This document shows positions 1 through 13,773 of a DNA stretch of 64,000 nucleotides, in pieces. Position 1 is the stretch's first letter, and every line of letters begins with the position of its first letter. A program made the translations under genes and the position numbers. The notes beneath the pieces are model-generated. The model saw only the letters and a list, made by a program, of their open reading frames with translations. It made no database searches and had not been told where the DNA came from. Source of the DNA: Octopus vulgaris (Eukaryota); NCBI GenBank assembly GCA_951406725.2, contig OX597814.1, positions 39,866,001-39,930,000 on the forward strand, read 5' to 3'.

Positions 1-140
1 ACTGGTACTTAATTTATCGACCTCGAAAGGATGAAAGGCAAAGTCGACCTCGGCGGAATTTGAACTCACAACGTAACGCAGACGAAATACCGCTAAGCAT
101 TTCGCCCGGCGTGCTAACGTTTCAGCCAGCTCGCCGCCTT
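1..140 (-). mobile_element. tRNA-derived SINE (family A, Meta-domain-like centre), truncated by window edge
   Basis: Minus strand reads ggcggcgagctggc..gttagcacgccgggcg..gagttcaaattccgccgaggtcgactttgcctttcatcc, with A/B-box-like motifs. Same sequence recurs at ~491, 20252, 41790 and 61819. Confidence 0.85.
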
Positions 141-291
141 TTGTACATATGCAGTAATCTATACCACTAAGCCAATATATACACAAACCAGTAGCAAGAG
201 CGACTTCAGCAGTGACACACATTCACCAATAAACAGTTCGCACACACATAAATACGCATATACGCAAATGAAAGGCAACGGATGTGTGTGT

Positions 292-363
<72 letters not shown>

Positions 364-424
364 GTGCGTGTGTGCGTGCGTGCTCACTGACAAAGCTTCG
401 TGCTGCCTCACTTTTGTGAAGTTT

Positions 425-471
425 TGTCAGCGAATAGCTCGCGGTTTCAAAGCGACGAAAATACTTTGACA
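425..471 (+). ncRNA. Decayed type I hammerhead ribozyme (G3-C8 family relic)
   Basis: tgtca|gcgaata|gc tcgc..gcgac|gaaa|atactt|tgaca. Homologous to the intact copy at 15437-15484(-), with shared downstream sequence (635-705 vs 15297-15430). Confidence 0.5.
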
Positions 472-490
472 CAAATGAAATTTTAATGTT

Positions 491-623
491 CTTTTCTGTT
501 CTGGGCACAAGACCCGAAATTTTAGGAGAGGGGGCCAGTCGATTAGATTGACCCCAGTACGCGATTAGTACTTAACTATCGACCCCGAACGGATGAAAGG
601 CAAAGTAGACCTCGGCGGGTGAG
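491..623 (-). mobile_element. SINE family A fragment with 11-bp TSD
   Basis: Flanked by attttaatgtt at 480-490 and 624-634; interrupts the HHR-bearing module. Confidence 0.8.
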
Positions 624-964
624 ATTTTAATGTTGAAGTGAAACTGGTAATACTTGCAGCACATGATCTCAGATCAAGTCACTTGCAATGCTAGTACATC
701 TCCGTATTTTTTTAATCAATGGGGACAAGTGCCTGTAACGGCCTTCTCAGTCTCTCTAATATTTTACTATCTAAAGAGAAACAGTTCAGAGCGTGTGGAT
801 TTTCCGGAACTCCTCTCTCCACCGCTCGCAAAAATTATTTCCCATAAATCTCAGAAGCCACAACGTTTAAGCAGTGTTTGTGGAAAATTTTGTTGAAACG
901 TATCCATTTTTCTGAATGTTATAAGGCAACTAAGTCATGGCCGCATACCTCTGAGTTAGAGTAA

Positions 965-1432
965 TAGCTCTATTATTAAAGCTGCAAATACATCACAAAA
1001 AACCGTTACTCAGATATTCATGTTCACGTTCATCGGACAGTTTTTGGTTTAGATTGGAACAATATATATTTATATGTATAAATATAGAAATAGTTTGATA
1101 GATACACATTTGAAAATAGTTCTGTTTTATTTGTCTTTAAAATAACGGCTTTCAATAACCGGTTATATGAAATGAGAATTACGGTTTAAAATCATGTTAT
1201 AAAAATCGAAGCAAACTTCAACAGAAGGAAGAAAACCTGTAATCCCTGGGTGAATTAAGTAAAAAACAATAATAAATTTAGATAGATATGCCCGTTTAGC
1301 ATAAAACATTTACAGAGAACTAACATCGAGTTCTGAATCAAATCTGTCCAAGAAACGAGAACGTGAAACTCTGAGTAACAGTTTTTTCTTTGTGATATTT
1401 TTGTTATGCTTTTGCAGATTTGATAATAAAGC
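965..1432. repeat. Inverted pair of an HHR-like module (965-1045 / 1340-1432)
   Basis: The arms are reverse complements. Each contains ctgt|ccRaNRa|acg..cRt|gaaW|(c/a)tctga|gta|acRg. Confidence 0.6.
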
Positions 1433-1538
1433 ATATTATTCTAACACCGGTATTCCGCTACTATTTTGACCCAGCTTGTTTCACATTCATGTGCTTACAC
1501 TCGCATATATACACATATATATACACATACATACATAC

Positions 1539-1622
<84 letters not shown>

Positions 1623-1831
1623 ATATATATATATATATATATATACTAAGCAATAAAGGGTTTGGCAACGAATTGCCTTACCACATACCGAATTTAGAAA
1701 TAGCAGTCAAAGAGTTATAGCTATTTCTTCTACTAAAAAGGGAGATCTCAGTAAAAACAGCAATTGGAAGGCAGACACAAACAGGTAAGAGGGAATGAAT
1801 TGACGGCAATCTATCATACAATTTTAAGTTA

Positions 1832-1932
1832 TCTACGGACGTACGTTTCGAAATCAAGTTTTTAGGAAAGCATAAGAATTAAATATTAAATAATTCTATC
1901 TTACCAAGAACTTCTTTTCTCTTCAGCGTAGA
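1832..1932 (-). ncRNA. Minimal type I hammerhead ribozyme, canonical core
   Basis: Minus strand: stem I tctacg|CTGAAGA|gaaa..long loop..tttc|GAAA|cgtac|GTC|cgtaga. Stem III is the palindrome acgtacgt. Confidence 0.8.
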
Positions 1933-1989
1933 ATACTATAATCATAAATGTTATTGATAATTATTCCAAATTAATTAATTTCACCCTTC

Positions 1990-2064
<75 letters not shown>

Positions 2065-2179
2065 GAAGTAGAAAAAGGGATTTTCTTATTACGTATATTT
2101 CAAATGATAACCGATACTTGGGTAGCAAAAATCACAACAGAAAGAGCACGGTTGAAGTTACGACCATGGGGCATAAAAA

Positions 2180-3821
2180 CCGTGCCTTAGTGCGGAAATT
2201 TGAAGTTTTACCTACAGAACACCCCGAATAGAATGATACGGAAAACTAAAAATAGATTAGCTAGGTTCTTTAGTAGGATGGGAATGAGCATAATTTTTGA
2301 TAACGAACTTACCAAGGCAAATTTCTTAGAAGTCACACTAAACCTGCATAGCAATTCTTACTGCCCCTACCATAAACCTTCCACAAACCTAAAGTATGCC
2401 AGTGTTTTCTCTAACCACGCAAAAACTATAACAGATAATTTAGTTAAAAATATTTCTCAAAGATTATCAAATTTATCTGCTAACGTCGACATTTTAAAGC
2501 ATAAAGCGGAATTCTATAATGTCGCCCTGTCAAAAGCCGGTTATAGGGATAAGGTAACATATATAGACCCGGCTCTTCCGAAACCAGTATTCTATCAGCA
2601 GGATAAGTAACTTACAATAATATAAATAATATAAGTAGTGATGGTAGCCTTAGGAATGTCGATACAAGAACAACTAACATAAATATAGATAACATAAATA
2701 ATTTGCGGTCCATGGGAGGCCATCGTAGGCCAAAACCCATTATTCAACCCAGAGATACCCCCCTTAATGTTAGAGTTGACTCTCCGAGCCAGTACAAGAA
2801 CAGGAAAAACTATATCTTGTTTGTAATTGCCTTTGGTAAACAAATAAGATCTAAGCTACCGTTATAGTTTCGCCAAGCAATTGCCAGAAATTTTCCCAGA
2901 AATTCGAGATATTACTCCACTGTAAATTCGCACAAAGTAAGGATAGCTTTCTCCAATACTAAAAATCTTACACAGATAATTGCCTCCCATAACAATAAGC
3001 TGCTAAATAAGGCCCTCTCACCCATGAGCAGAGACTCTGCCCCGTCAAATTCCAACATAACGCATAGTAATAATAATAATAATAATAGAAGTAGCACAGA
3101 TATTAGCAGTCTTCATACCAATATTGGAGTTAGTAATAGTAATAAGGATAAGAGCACTGATCTCGTCATTAACGTAGGGAGTCCAAACAATAATATTAGC
3201 AGCGGTTTTAACAACAGTAGTTTTACGGGCATTATCAATCACAGCATTCCCAATAACAGGGAATATGCAGGTGATATTGCCTTAAATAGTAATGATAATG
3301 GGGTGAATAATATCGAATCCAGCGGTAGTTTTTACAACCATCATAGTAATAAGAACGCTGTATTAGTATCGGAAACCAATCCCAATAGATTAAGGTTCTT
3401 ATCTAGTAACTCCAAAATTAGAAACGCCATTTATCAGTGCAGAGTTTATACTGAATCCGATGTCTTTCTTTATATCGGAGCTACTTCATCGAAATTGGTC
3501 ACTAGAATATCGAATCATTTTTCCACGTTCCGAAATAAGGATAAGCAACACGCTACGGGGCTAAGCAAATTAGTCTGGCGTTTGAAGAACGTGAATTCAA
3601 CTTTTAGACTGGAATGGTCAATTTTATCGGTGTCTTTACTGTTTGATAAGGGCAAAAAAATCTGTGCCCTTCGTAACTCAGAACTTTTTCATATTTTGTT
3701 CGCCCGAGGGCAGCTTGTTAACTCGATTGTGCAAAATTGTTTCAGATGCCCCCACTGGAAACGGCATACCGTTTCTCTCATACCAATGAAGTCTAATTTA
3801 GATAATCCCTGGATTTCCTAA
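2180..3821 (+). mobile_element. Penelope-like element, 5'-truncated and frameshifted (RT C-terminus + GIY-YIG endonuclease)
   Basis: NFLEVTLNL..YCPYHKP..SNH thumb region (2200-2610); AIYQCRV..LYIGAT..RISNH..TGLSKLVW..LEWSIL..CPH GIY-YIG domain (3024-3821). Confidence 0.85.
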
Positions 3822-4371
3822 TAAAATTTGAATAAAATTTGAAAGGTGATATCTCATCCCTGTTAGTATAAGAACTACTAGTTGTCAAGAACTGTTGCCA
3901 TCCCTTACAGCAACACTGTATCCTGTCATTGCCAGTGTGGACACCCCCTCTCTCCATTAAGTGGTCACATACGAACACACAGACACGGCTTTTTCTGTTT
4001 CTTGACCGTTAATCCCTGCTGTCTCTCTCTCTTCCTGCCTTCGAAACACACTGTCACACATACAAAGACGCACACACACATACATTAAAGCAATTTCTCA
4101 CACTCAAACACTCTAGCACTCATTCTTAAAATAAATCAAATATAAACACCAGTCATACAGAATACATTCACACTCTTTGATTTTCCTGTACCCCCCTTCT
4201 GCCAACCGGATTCTGACCTTCAACTATCTCAACGGACAATCTCTTCTGCTTTCACCCAGCCTGGCGTCAACGCATATAGATAGAAATTTTGTGTCATTAA
4301 TTTCATGGGCTCCTCGTGAGCGTTTGTCGAAAAGCTTGTTGTGCATTTTGTTGGAGAATTAAGTTCCTGGA

Positions 4372-4455
4372 TTTTCCTGAAGAGAAAGCTGCATAATGGA
4401 CTCCTTATTCAATCGGAATTAGGGACTTTGCAGACTTCGAAACATATGTCGAAAA
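4372..4455 (+). ncRNA. Minimal type I hammerhead ribozyme, canonical core, in PLE 3' region
   Basis: ttttc|CTGAAGA|gaaagctgca..tgcagacttc|GAAA|catat|GTC|gaaaa, with palindromic acatatgt. About 550 nt 3' of the GIY-YIG ORF, same strand. Confidence 0.85.
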
Positions 4456-4502
4456 CAAAATAAAGGAATTTGGTTAAATCTTCGTTCAGCTCCATTCTTT
4501 TA

Positions 4503-4554
<52 letters not shown>

Positions 4555-4564
4555 TATATAATAT

Positions 4565-4808
4565 AACAAGAACGTCAATCTAACAAGTAGTAGGGGTACA
4601 CCACTGCTGTATAGCCCTAGGAAGCATCGAACGCCTCCTGATAGCTTTGACACATTTTTTCCCTGTGTCCTTATATACATATACGTATATGTATATGTAT
4701 ATAAGGACACAGGGAAAAATGTGTCAAAGCTATCAGGAGGCGTTCACTGCTTCCTAGGGCTATACAGTGGTGGTGTACCCCCTACTGTCACGTTCTTGTT
4801 AGATTGAC
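4565..4808. repeat. Long near-perfect inverted repeat (~95-bp arms) around a TA/CA-rich centre
   Basis: 4589-4683 is the reverse complement of 4692-4786 with few mismatches; flanked by (TA)n arrays. Confidence 0.9.
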
Positions 4809-4870
4809 AGTATACAACCATTCTATCGGCCCACCACCGTACATGTCTCTACGAGAGATTTAGAAATTCA

Positions 4871-4935
<65 letters not shown>

Positions 4936-4954
4936 GTATATATATACATATAGA

Positions 4955-5560
4955 CAGACTGATCAATGAGTATCAATATGGTTGCCATAGTAACAAAGTT
5001 GTAGCACGCAAAGTAATGCCACTTGGCTCAGATTGACTTTGAACGCTGCTGTAGATGCGCACCAAGTTTTAACATTCCAGCTTACTTCCGTTATTTACAG
5101 TTGTATTTGGAAGGAAGGTGTGTAACTTGTGATCGTCGAATTGAAAATGACAGAGAAAGATGTTATGGTGATACCTGCTCAGAGGCCTACGCATAGTTGC
5201 CAAAGTTTACGGAGAGGAGTTTATGAGACGCACACATATCTACGAGTGAAATAGATGTTTCAAAATGACCGAAAAGAAGTCGATATTGATGACCGTTCTG
5301 GGAGACTACAGATGTGCGTGCAGCTATGAGGGGAAATCATCGAATCACAATTCCTGAGTTATCAGAGGATTTGCAGATTAGTTACGGTTCATTTCATTCC
5401 GTTATCACTGAATATTTGGGTACGAGATGCGTGTCTGGCACATTTGCGCAAAACTGTTCTCAGCTGACCAAAAATACATTTGGGTTTCAGTTGCACAAGA
5501 TTTTGATTTTGCCAAGAACGACGAAAACTTTTTGAAAAATTTGCGTAGGTTTCTGAGCAG
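4955..5560 (+). mobile_element. Decayed mariner/Tc1 transposon 5' portion
   Basis: HTH-like remnants (..DDRSGR.., NHRITIPELSEDLQISYGSFHSVITEYLG) with stops and frameshifts. Confidence 0.7.
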
Positions 5561-5722
5561 GTACCACCAAGCTTTTGGGAAACTTTGATGCAGACTCTCT
5601 GCCCAACATTCTGTGATGTTCAGTGCGACGATCACACACTACACATGTTAATTCAGAGCCGGGTGTAAATAGGGGAAGTATATATATATATATATTCCCA
5701 AAAGATTGATGGTACCAGACAC

Positions 5723-5768
<46 letters not shown>

Positions 5769-5773
<5 letters not shown>

Positions 5774-6264
5774 AAAGCAAATAGATGGCACAACGAAGTA
5801 CCGATATTTACTGGAAAATAGCGAACGTAATAAATACGACGCTAATGTATAGCTTCACTGCGTATGTAGTAGCAAAAATGCGTGTGTGCAACAAACTTGA
5901 AAAAAAATGTCTTACCTCCAGGGAGAACATCTGAAAGATGAAATACCTAGAAAGGGATAATGTGGTACCGGTTTCAGATTTTTCAAGATATGTCTGCCCA
6001 CATATACTTGAGTTATCTTCATCAGCCAACATATACCTCGACAACATTTCAAATGTTGCCACATCTATGCCAATGCACTCGACTGAACGCCGAAACACTG
6101 ACAGAACGAGAACAGTGAAGAAGTTTCAATAAAAATAGTAATGCAATACGAGAGTATTGCTTTCCAGTAAAGAATAGCTCGTGATTGAAAATTATACATA
6201 AAAGCAAATAAATGGCACAATGAAGAACCGATATTTACTGGAAAATAGCGAACGTAATAAATAC
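5769..6264. repeat. 69-bp direct repeats (period 427 bp) bracketing a hammerhead
   Basis: 5769-5837 vs 6196-6264 differ at 3 positions. Confidence 0.85.
5960..6032 (-). ncRNA. Minimal type I hammerhead ribozyme, canonical core
   Basis: Minus strand: atgttgg|CTGATGA|agat..tcaag..atatg/catat..cttga..atct|GAAA|ccg|GTA|ccacat, with palindromic accggt. Confidence 0.8.
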
Positions 6265-6529
6265 TTTCAATAAATACGATAGCCTCTTCCATATCCTTCC
6301 ACAAAGCCGGTGAGACCTACATGGGGTTGAAATATGCGCCTTCAAAAGCAAAACTAGATTCCCTCCGGTCAAGAGTTCCGGAAGAACCTAACTTACGTCC
6401 AGAAACGCAAATGAGGGCAGCAGCATCAGCAAATGCCACACATCGGAGGAGGTTTTGTGACAGTGTCGCATGACTATAACTGTTAAGTTGTGACTAGAAA
6501 AGAAAAAATAATATATATATATATATATA

Positions 6530-6918
6530 TATACATACAAAGCTGAAGTGGTCTGTGTGTATCAGGTTTGGCAGCTTTCAACTAACACTATCTCCTCCGA
6601 GACCCTGCGGGGCAAGTTCACCAAAATTGAGAGTGTGATAGCAGAAGTCTTGCTCTTTATTCCTTAGAAGATAAAATTCAAATCGGACCATGTTGAGACC
6701 AACAATTATTTACATCGAAAAGGTGCTTTTATTCTATGAAAATCCCTATTTTTAAAGATGTTTTTGACTGTTGTGTCGCCTTTTTTCAGTGTATTGCTAC
6801 TAGAAAAATATTCACTTAAAGAAAATAACAAGCTACATAATGCAAAACTTTTATTTTTCAAAAATTCTAATTCTAAAGGGTTGAAACAAACCGGAGCATC
6901 GCCGGGTGATACTGCTAG
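6530..6918 (+). mobile_element. Non-autonomous Helitron-like element
   Basis: 3' hairpin ccgg-agcatcg-ccgg (6891-6905), then CTAG (6915-6918) and T; lies in a (TA)n context. Confidence 0.65.
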
Positions 6919-8519
6919 TATATATATATAAATTTGATATCTCAACAAAACACCAAAAAATGAAAATTCATTTCAAACGTCTTAGAATGACAGAAGAGGT
7001 TATAGGAAAATGATATTTGATGAGATTTGGTACGTTTTCATTGAAATATAATGAATGATGGCTCAAATGCAAGGAGATATTCCTAAAGTTCCCTGGGTGT
7101 TTGGGGCGAAATGTTAGATGAAATAAAACTGTGAAAAGGACCGACACCAACAAAAAATGCTGGTGTAGATACAGAATATTATCAGAAATCGTATGAATAT
7201 TAGCCATAATTATTAATCTATAAATAAGGATCAATTTCATAAATATTCTGGGAAAGTGTAATTGAGAAAATAGTAAATAGATGAATGTTTAATATCAGAA
7301 ATGTACTTACATTACAATAAAGATAAACAAGCTAATAATTGCTGCTACAATTTAGATGATAGAGCAAGTCAACTTTCATATCACAACACAATACAGACAT
7401 CAGAAATTGGTATTGATGAATTGAAAGTATATTGATTAAGAATCTCTCTTTCGGTAGAAATTACCTAAATTAAATTATATCCTATATGAAATGGGATATT
7501 GCGAAAACGGATGTCGAAAGTTTCTCTAATTGACTGTTCTAAACATAGTTACACTATTCAATAACGTAGATCGATAACGTATTTCCTAATAACGCGGGAA
7601 ATAACGCCGATTAAATATTAACTAATATAATAAACAAATATATAAATTGGCTGCATATATTAAATTCGGATGGTTGATTATGGCAAAGGAAGTGACGATA
7701 TTTTTGCAATGAAATACTGGCTGATGAATATTCACGAATTACATTAACCGACTTATAATTCATGCGTGGCTTATAGATGTGTATGTTGTGTCATGATTTA
7801 CGTTATGAGATGCTTTTAAATAATCAGGATCATAGGGAATATAGAAAAGTCTTTAACTAAATCCATGCTAGAATTAAGCTAATCTGATGCAGAGGCAGGA
7901 AAAGTTTCCGTTAACAGAAAATATATTCTGATTCACAGATTTTATATTCTTCGTAGTGTTAATATGGATAATTAAAATTGCCATCGAAAGATAAGACATC
8001 AGCACTATGTAAAATCCATATAAATAGTGTTTGAAAATACATAAATATTGCGACTGTAAAGTGAAAGGTATTATGAGGAAAATAAAAAGGAAGTAAGTGC
8101 TAGGATGTAAACACTCCGTATAGAAATCATAGAAACAAATTCATACAGAAAACTCAAAATACTTAGATTTTTAAGAGAGATAGATTGAAGTAAATTAATT
8201 TACAAGGAAGATAGAATTGAGAAGTAGCTCTTGCTAAAATACTGTATCCAAAAATGTCGTATCATTATTAATTAGTTTAAGACTGTGAGCAGACAGAATC
8301 GTTACCATGCTGAAGAAATTGATTAGCGCCACTCGTCCGCTATTTTTTCTTTTTTATTTCGCTAGCCGTGTATGAAATTTAAATATTAATAAAGTTGAAT
8401 ACAAAAGCGTATGATACACTACTTACAGAGAAGAGAATAAGCAATTCTTACGAATAGAATGGAGTATTTATCGTTAGAGAATGCACTATTCAGTTAATTA
8501 AGGTCATGTACAAGAATTT

Positions 8520-9046
8520 TTCTCTTAAATTTTAACTGTTTCAGTCACTTAACTGTGGCCAAGCTCGGGCACCACCTCGAAAATATTTTTTTTTTTGTAT
8601 TTGAATGGAACAAGTCGCCCCCAGGATATTTTATATGCTGGTACTTTTCTATTATCTCGTTTGCAGAACAGGTAAGTTACAGAGACGTGAACACACCAAC
8701 ACCAATTGTCAAGCTGTGATGGGAGAAACACGGACACAGACAAACACATTCATAGATATATACATGCCAGTCTTACGCCAGTGTATATATATATATATTG
8801 GCGCACTAGTGGCCGCATAGTAAGAAGCTTGTTTCCCAACCACATAGTTCCGGGCTCAGTCCCACCTCGCGGCACCTTGGGAAAGTGTCTTCTACTATAT
8901 CCTTGGGTCAACCAAAGCCTTGTGAGTGGATTTCGCGGACGGATATTGAAAGAAAACCGTCGTGTACATACACACACACACACACACACACACGCACGCA
9001 CGCACATACACACACACACATATATATGTGTATATAAATATATATT

Positions 9047-9100
<54 letters not shown>

Positions 9101-9112
9101 CACACACACACA

Positions 9113-9163
<51 letters not shown>

Positions 9164-9515
9164 ACATATATATATATATATGAAGATGTATTCGTGTATT
9201 TGTGTTTGTACCCCAACCAACCATCACTTGGCAATCGATGTTGGTGCTTTTACATCCCAAATTAGCTGTTCGGCAAAAGAGACTGATAGACGAAGTATCA
9301 GGGTAACAAAGAATAAGTCTTAAGGTCGGTTTGCTCGACTAAAGGCGACGCTCCACCGTGGTCACAGTGAATTGACTGAAGGAAGTAAAAAAAGGCTTTG
9401 GTCGGCCCCGACTATAGTAGAATAAACTTGCCCAAGGTGCCACGCAAAGGCACTGAACCTGGGACCATGTGTTTGGGGAGTAAGCTTCGTACCACACAAC
9501 CACACCTGCGCCTAT
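8520..9515. mobile_element. Cluster of tRNA-derived SINE family B pieces (tail - 8520-8750; head + 8800-8963, microsatellite, tail + 9200-9390; head - 9392-9512)
   Basis: ggcgca..tggc..gtaagaagctt..cccaaccac..gttccgggYtcagtccc head and shared tail; another copy at 44060-44470. Confidence 0.8.
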
Positions 9516-10440
9516 AGTAAAAAAAAAAATAATCTAGCATCATTTCTTCCCTACTGAGATCAAATTCCACCGGTGTCGACATCGCATTTCGTACTATATG
9601 GGTAGATGTAATAAATGCCAGTTGATTAATTCACTAAAATTATTTCCCAAAAGTACTAGACTTTTGCCAAACTTTGAAACTTCGTATGTCATATATTTCT
9701 TTTGCGAAACAACAAGTTGTGATTTAAGACACATGGTTAAACTTCAATAATGGTATGTTTTTTTCCCATGAATACGTTTCCATTGGCTACGTATAGTATT
9801 GTTATGCATCAGAAATGGATTATTATTTCCTCTAGTCTGTGTCAGATTACGTTTTAATTTCAACGATAGTGTTATTTCAGCTGTAAATTGCTGAGATATT
9901 TTGCCACAATTTCTAACATGTGAAAATACCGTAAATGAGACTTTTGTGGGCATTTTAAAGTTACGAGATAGCCGGCAATTGCAATTCAAATTTACATAAA
10001 ACGCTTACATTATTTTTCCTATTTTTATGTATTAATCATGATTTATCATAATTTTTAGAAAAATATATCCGTTCAATCTTACCTTGTAAATATAATTTAA
10101 ATTCAGCAATAAAATATGGTATGTATTAGGGGGTTTATACAAATACGACATGATATATGCACATCCTTTTATACTTAATTTTCAGTTTTGCAATAATATC
10201 AGTAATTGAAATACTTTCGATCAAATTGATACAAGAGCTTAATTTGTAAAGTCTTGAACTCAATATATAAATTCTTTTTGTATATCCACTAATTAATGAG
10301 GGCAGAAACAAGCCAAAGCTTCCATCAAACACCTATCATACTTTAACAGAAGAACCACTAATTCACACTTACAGACATATATACAAGCATATGCATACAC
10401 AGACATACCTATACTTAGGTATAAAAACACTCATACACTC

Positions 10441-10514
<74 letters not shown>

Positions 10515-10553
10515 ATATATATATATGTATACATATGTATAAATACATAAGTG

Positions 10554-10622
<69 letters not shown>

Positions 10623-10769
10623 AAGTTGGTTTGTGAAAGCAAATATATAGAAAATAGTAAAAGGTGAAATAACTACAGAAGGCTTGTTTTAAAAGGTTAA
10701 AAAATATATATTTGTGTCAATATGTCTGAAGAATGTTATCAATTTTTTTCCTACAATGACATAGTTTAG

Positions 10770-10809
10770 AAGAAATGATCGGTTTCGCGTTCAGCTTTTC
10801 AAATTTCTT
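10770..10809 (-). ncRNA. Hammerhead-like fold with U3-A8 core variant
   Basis: Minus strand: aagaaat|TTGAAAA|gc tgaac gc|GAAA|ccg|ATC|atttctt, downstream of a PLE GIY-YIG fragment. Stem III has one mismatch. Confidence 0.6.
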
Positions 10810-10899
10810 ACATCGTTATGTTTACGTTGAGTAGAGTTATCTTTATGTTTATGTTGAGTAGAGTTCCAAATAAGGGGAGGTAATAAGTGATTTCTTCCG

Positions 10900-11140
10900 G
10901 TGTAAGGGAGATAATCGCTTAAATTTTTTTGTCTTTCACATTGGTAAAATGGAAAGATTAAAAATTGTGGTAGTAGTTGCTTTGCGCATTTCTCAATGTG
11001 CTCACTAAAGGGTATCATTCTGTATTCTGGGAATGCAATCTGTTGTCGATGCAGTGTGCAGCTACGTCTGAGTGATAGTCCCGTGGATCCCACGTAGTCT
11101 TGGTGGCAGCCCGAGCATTTTATGACATAAATTATGGGAA
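10900..11140 (-). mobile_element. Penelope-like GIY-YIG endonuclease fragment
   Basis: IIYVIKCSGCHQDYVGSTGLSLRRSCTLHRQQI..HIEKCAK; resembles 53100-53427. Confidence 0.8.
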
Positions 11141-12043
11141 TTTCACGTATAACATCTATAAAAAAGCTAAGTTTATAATACATCTCAATACATCTCAACA
11201 TTTCCCTCAAAGCAAACTTTGTTTACATACATCGTAACTAGAATTTCACTTAGCTGTTTGACACACCATTGATTAGCTGTTTGACACACCATACCAGAAT
11301 TTTTTCTCATTGTCAACACAGATCTTGCAACCCGCGAGACTACTTTCTCCTTTGTTTCTTGTCACATTCAGCCTAAACACACCACGCTTAGGTTGCAGTT
11401 TCTTTCTCAATATAATTCTTTCCCGCTTTTTTCTGCCCATTTTCTCAAGTTCGTTTCCTGTCCACCTAACAATATCTATTGCATATCACATTAAGGAAAC
11501 AGCGCATATATTCCTTGCCTTAATCTTGTTCTTTCCTTTGAGAATACTTTCTATATTCATCTGGTTCACCTAAGATATTCTCGTCTAAATCTATCCTTCA
11601 TCTCATTCTCGATTATTTTTCCATATTCTGGAATAACCAGATATTAAATTATTCTACAACAAGTCTAAATCTGTACTTTACGGTAAGAAGAGGCTTAACT
11701 CCAATTTCTCATTTTTCTTTCCGTTTTTCATCACTCTTCTACATTTTACATCAACCTTCTCGTGAACACTCATGCATCATCATCCTGAATTTCAAATATA
11801 ACATATCATGTATTCAGATCTTGAAGATTAATTGGAGACAGAAGGTGTGTTAAAACACCTACCTAGACACGCGTCGTCGCAGAAAGAAGCTATTAGTTGT
11901 TCATCCTCTTACTTTTATACATTAAATGCTATTTAACTCTCGTTGAACGGAGTATAATTTTCTTCATTTTAACTTAAACATCTTCATCTTACTTTAAAGT
12001 ACATAAATAGTAAACTATAAATTAAAACATCAATAAACAAATG

Positions 12044-12110
<67 letters not shown>

Positions 12111-13019
12111 ATGCATATGTGTACGTATGTATATAAAGTTAAAAAATTTATGCGTAAATGTCCTAACACAACATGAATTATGGGTAATATTTTATTCTGG
12201 AATTCAACACACATACGAGTTTCTGTGTAGGACACGAACCGAGAAAATATCTTGGAAAACATCTCGAGAAATATGTTCATTCTCATCTTATTTAAATCTC
12301 TAAACATTGTTGCAAATAACCGGTATTTAATTTGTATTCGTATCACGAATATTTACTACAAACTTATCTGAAAAAATACTTCAACCTGCTCACGTACACA
12401 CAGACACACACACACACAGACAAACACACACGCACACACATATTATATATGTGTTTGTGTGTGTATATGTCTGCATATGCGCATATATATGTATATATAT
12501 GTATGTATGTATATATATATATATACATATAAACACACATACATATATATTCACATACACACATACACACACACACATACACATATATATATATATATAT
12601 ATATATATCCGAGTGTATATATATATATATATGTGTATGGGTATTAATATGCAAATAAATTTAGTTACACTTTATCACCACTAACTGTCTGCTGTATTAT
12701 ATATTCTGATTTCTATTAATTCCCTAAGGAATTCTTTGACCGACTGCTTTGCTTGTTTTATTTGCTGTTTTAAAATGTTTATTGTTTGTCTAAGACTTCA
12801 AATGTTTTTTGAAAGCAAAGTTTTTCCATGGGCCCCTTACGTACTATCATCGGCCTTTGTATATGGACTCTAATGTCGCTGGAGGGTTGGTGGGGCACAT
12901 GTCATCGGAAAAGCTGACAAATTGGCCATTTATATTTTCCTTTTCGCGAATGCTTTCTTTGTTTTTGACTTTGCGACTACACAGTATAGTAGGGTTAGTT
13001 GGGCAACATCTGTAAGAAA

Positions 13020-13773
13020 ACCACTACCATAATGCATATCACACTTCCAGAAATTTAGAAACGACATGCTATGCTGCTTGATATTAGCACTGGAATCTCC
13101 AACACGAACGGATGTTGAACATACAGAACAACCGTTGGTTTGCTGTGTCCCCAAAACATGTACCGAGAGTGGTAAAAAATGAAGCATGCAGTCAACATCA
13201 CGGAGATTGGAATGATCACTTGTGAGGGCGAAGTTATGCTTCCATTCATCTTTCCACACGGCCTCAGACTCAAAATAGAGTACGACATCAAGTGCCTGGA
13301 AGTTGTAGTCCTGTCCTGAGTGAAGGGGGGTGTGCTACTGGAAGAGCCAATGTCTAGCAACAGGACTCTGCAGCACCCCACACATGCAGGAGAACCCAGT
13401 CATGCTTGTCAGACAATTTCTGCGACTACATCATCCATAATATTTGGCCAGCTTTCACCCCAAACAGCAACACATTTGATTATTATGTGTGCAGCGCAGT
13501 AAAGCGAGAGAGCAAAAAAGGTTCTTGTAACACCAAGGATGACTGAAGGCAAGCATTATGGCAGCGTTCACCAACTAAAATAAGGAAAAAGTCCAGAAGA
13601 GTTGCAGAATATTCTGTAGTGGTCTTGTGGCCGTGGTAGAAGCCAATGGCGATTCTATTGAATGAATTAACTCTTTAGTATTTCAAGATATTTTTATGCA
13701 ATTTTGGTAAATATATCTGTCAAAATGAGATGTTATTTATATTTTTTCGTAATTTTGACACATTATATTCACC

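Noticed and set aside
12292-12330. ttaaa..accggta tttaa resembling an HHR 3' half
   Set aside because: Lacks both the GAAA and CUGANGA boxes.
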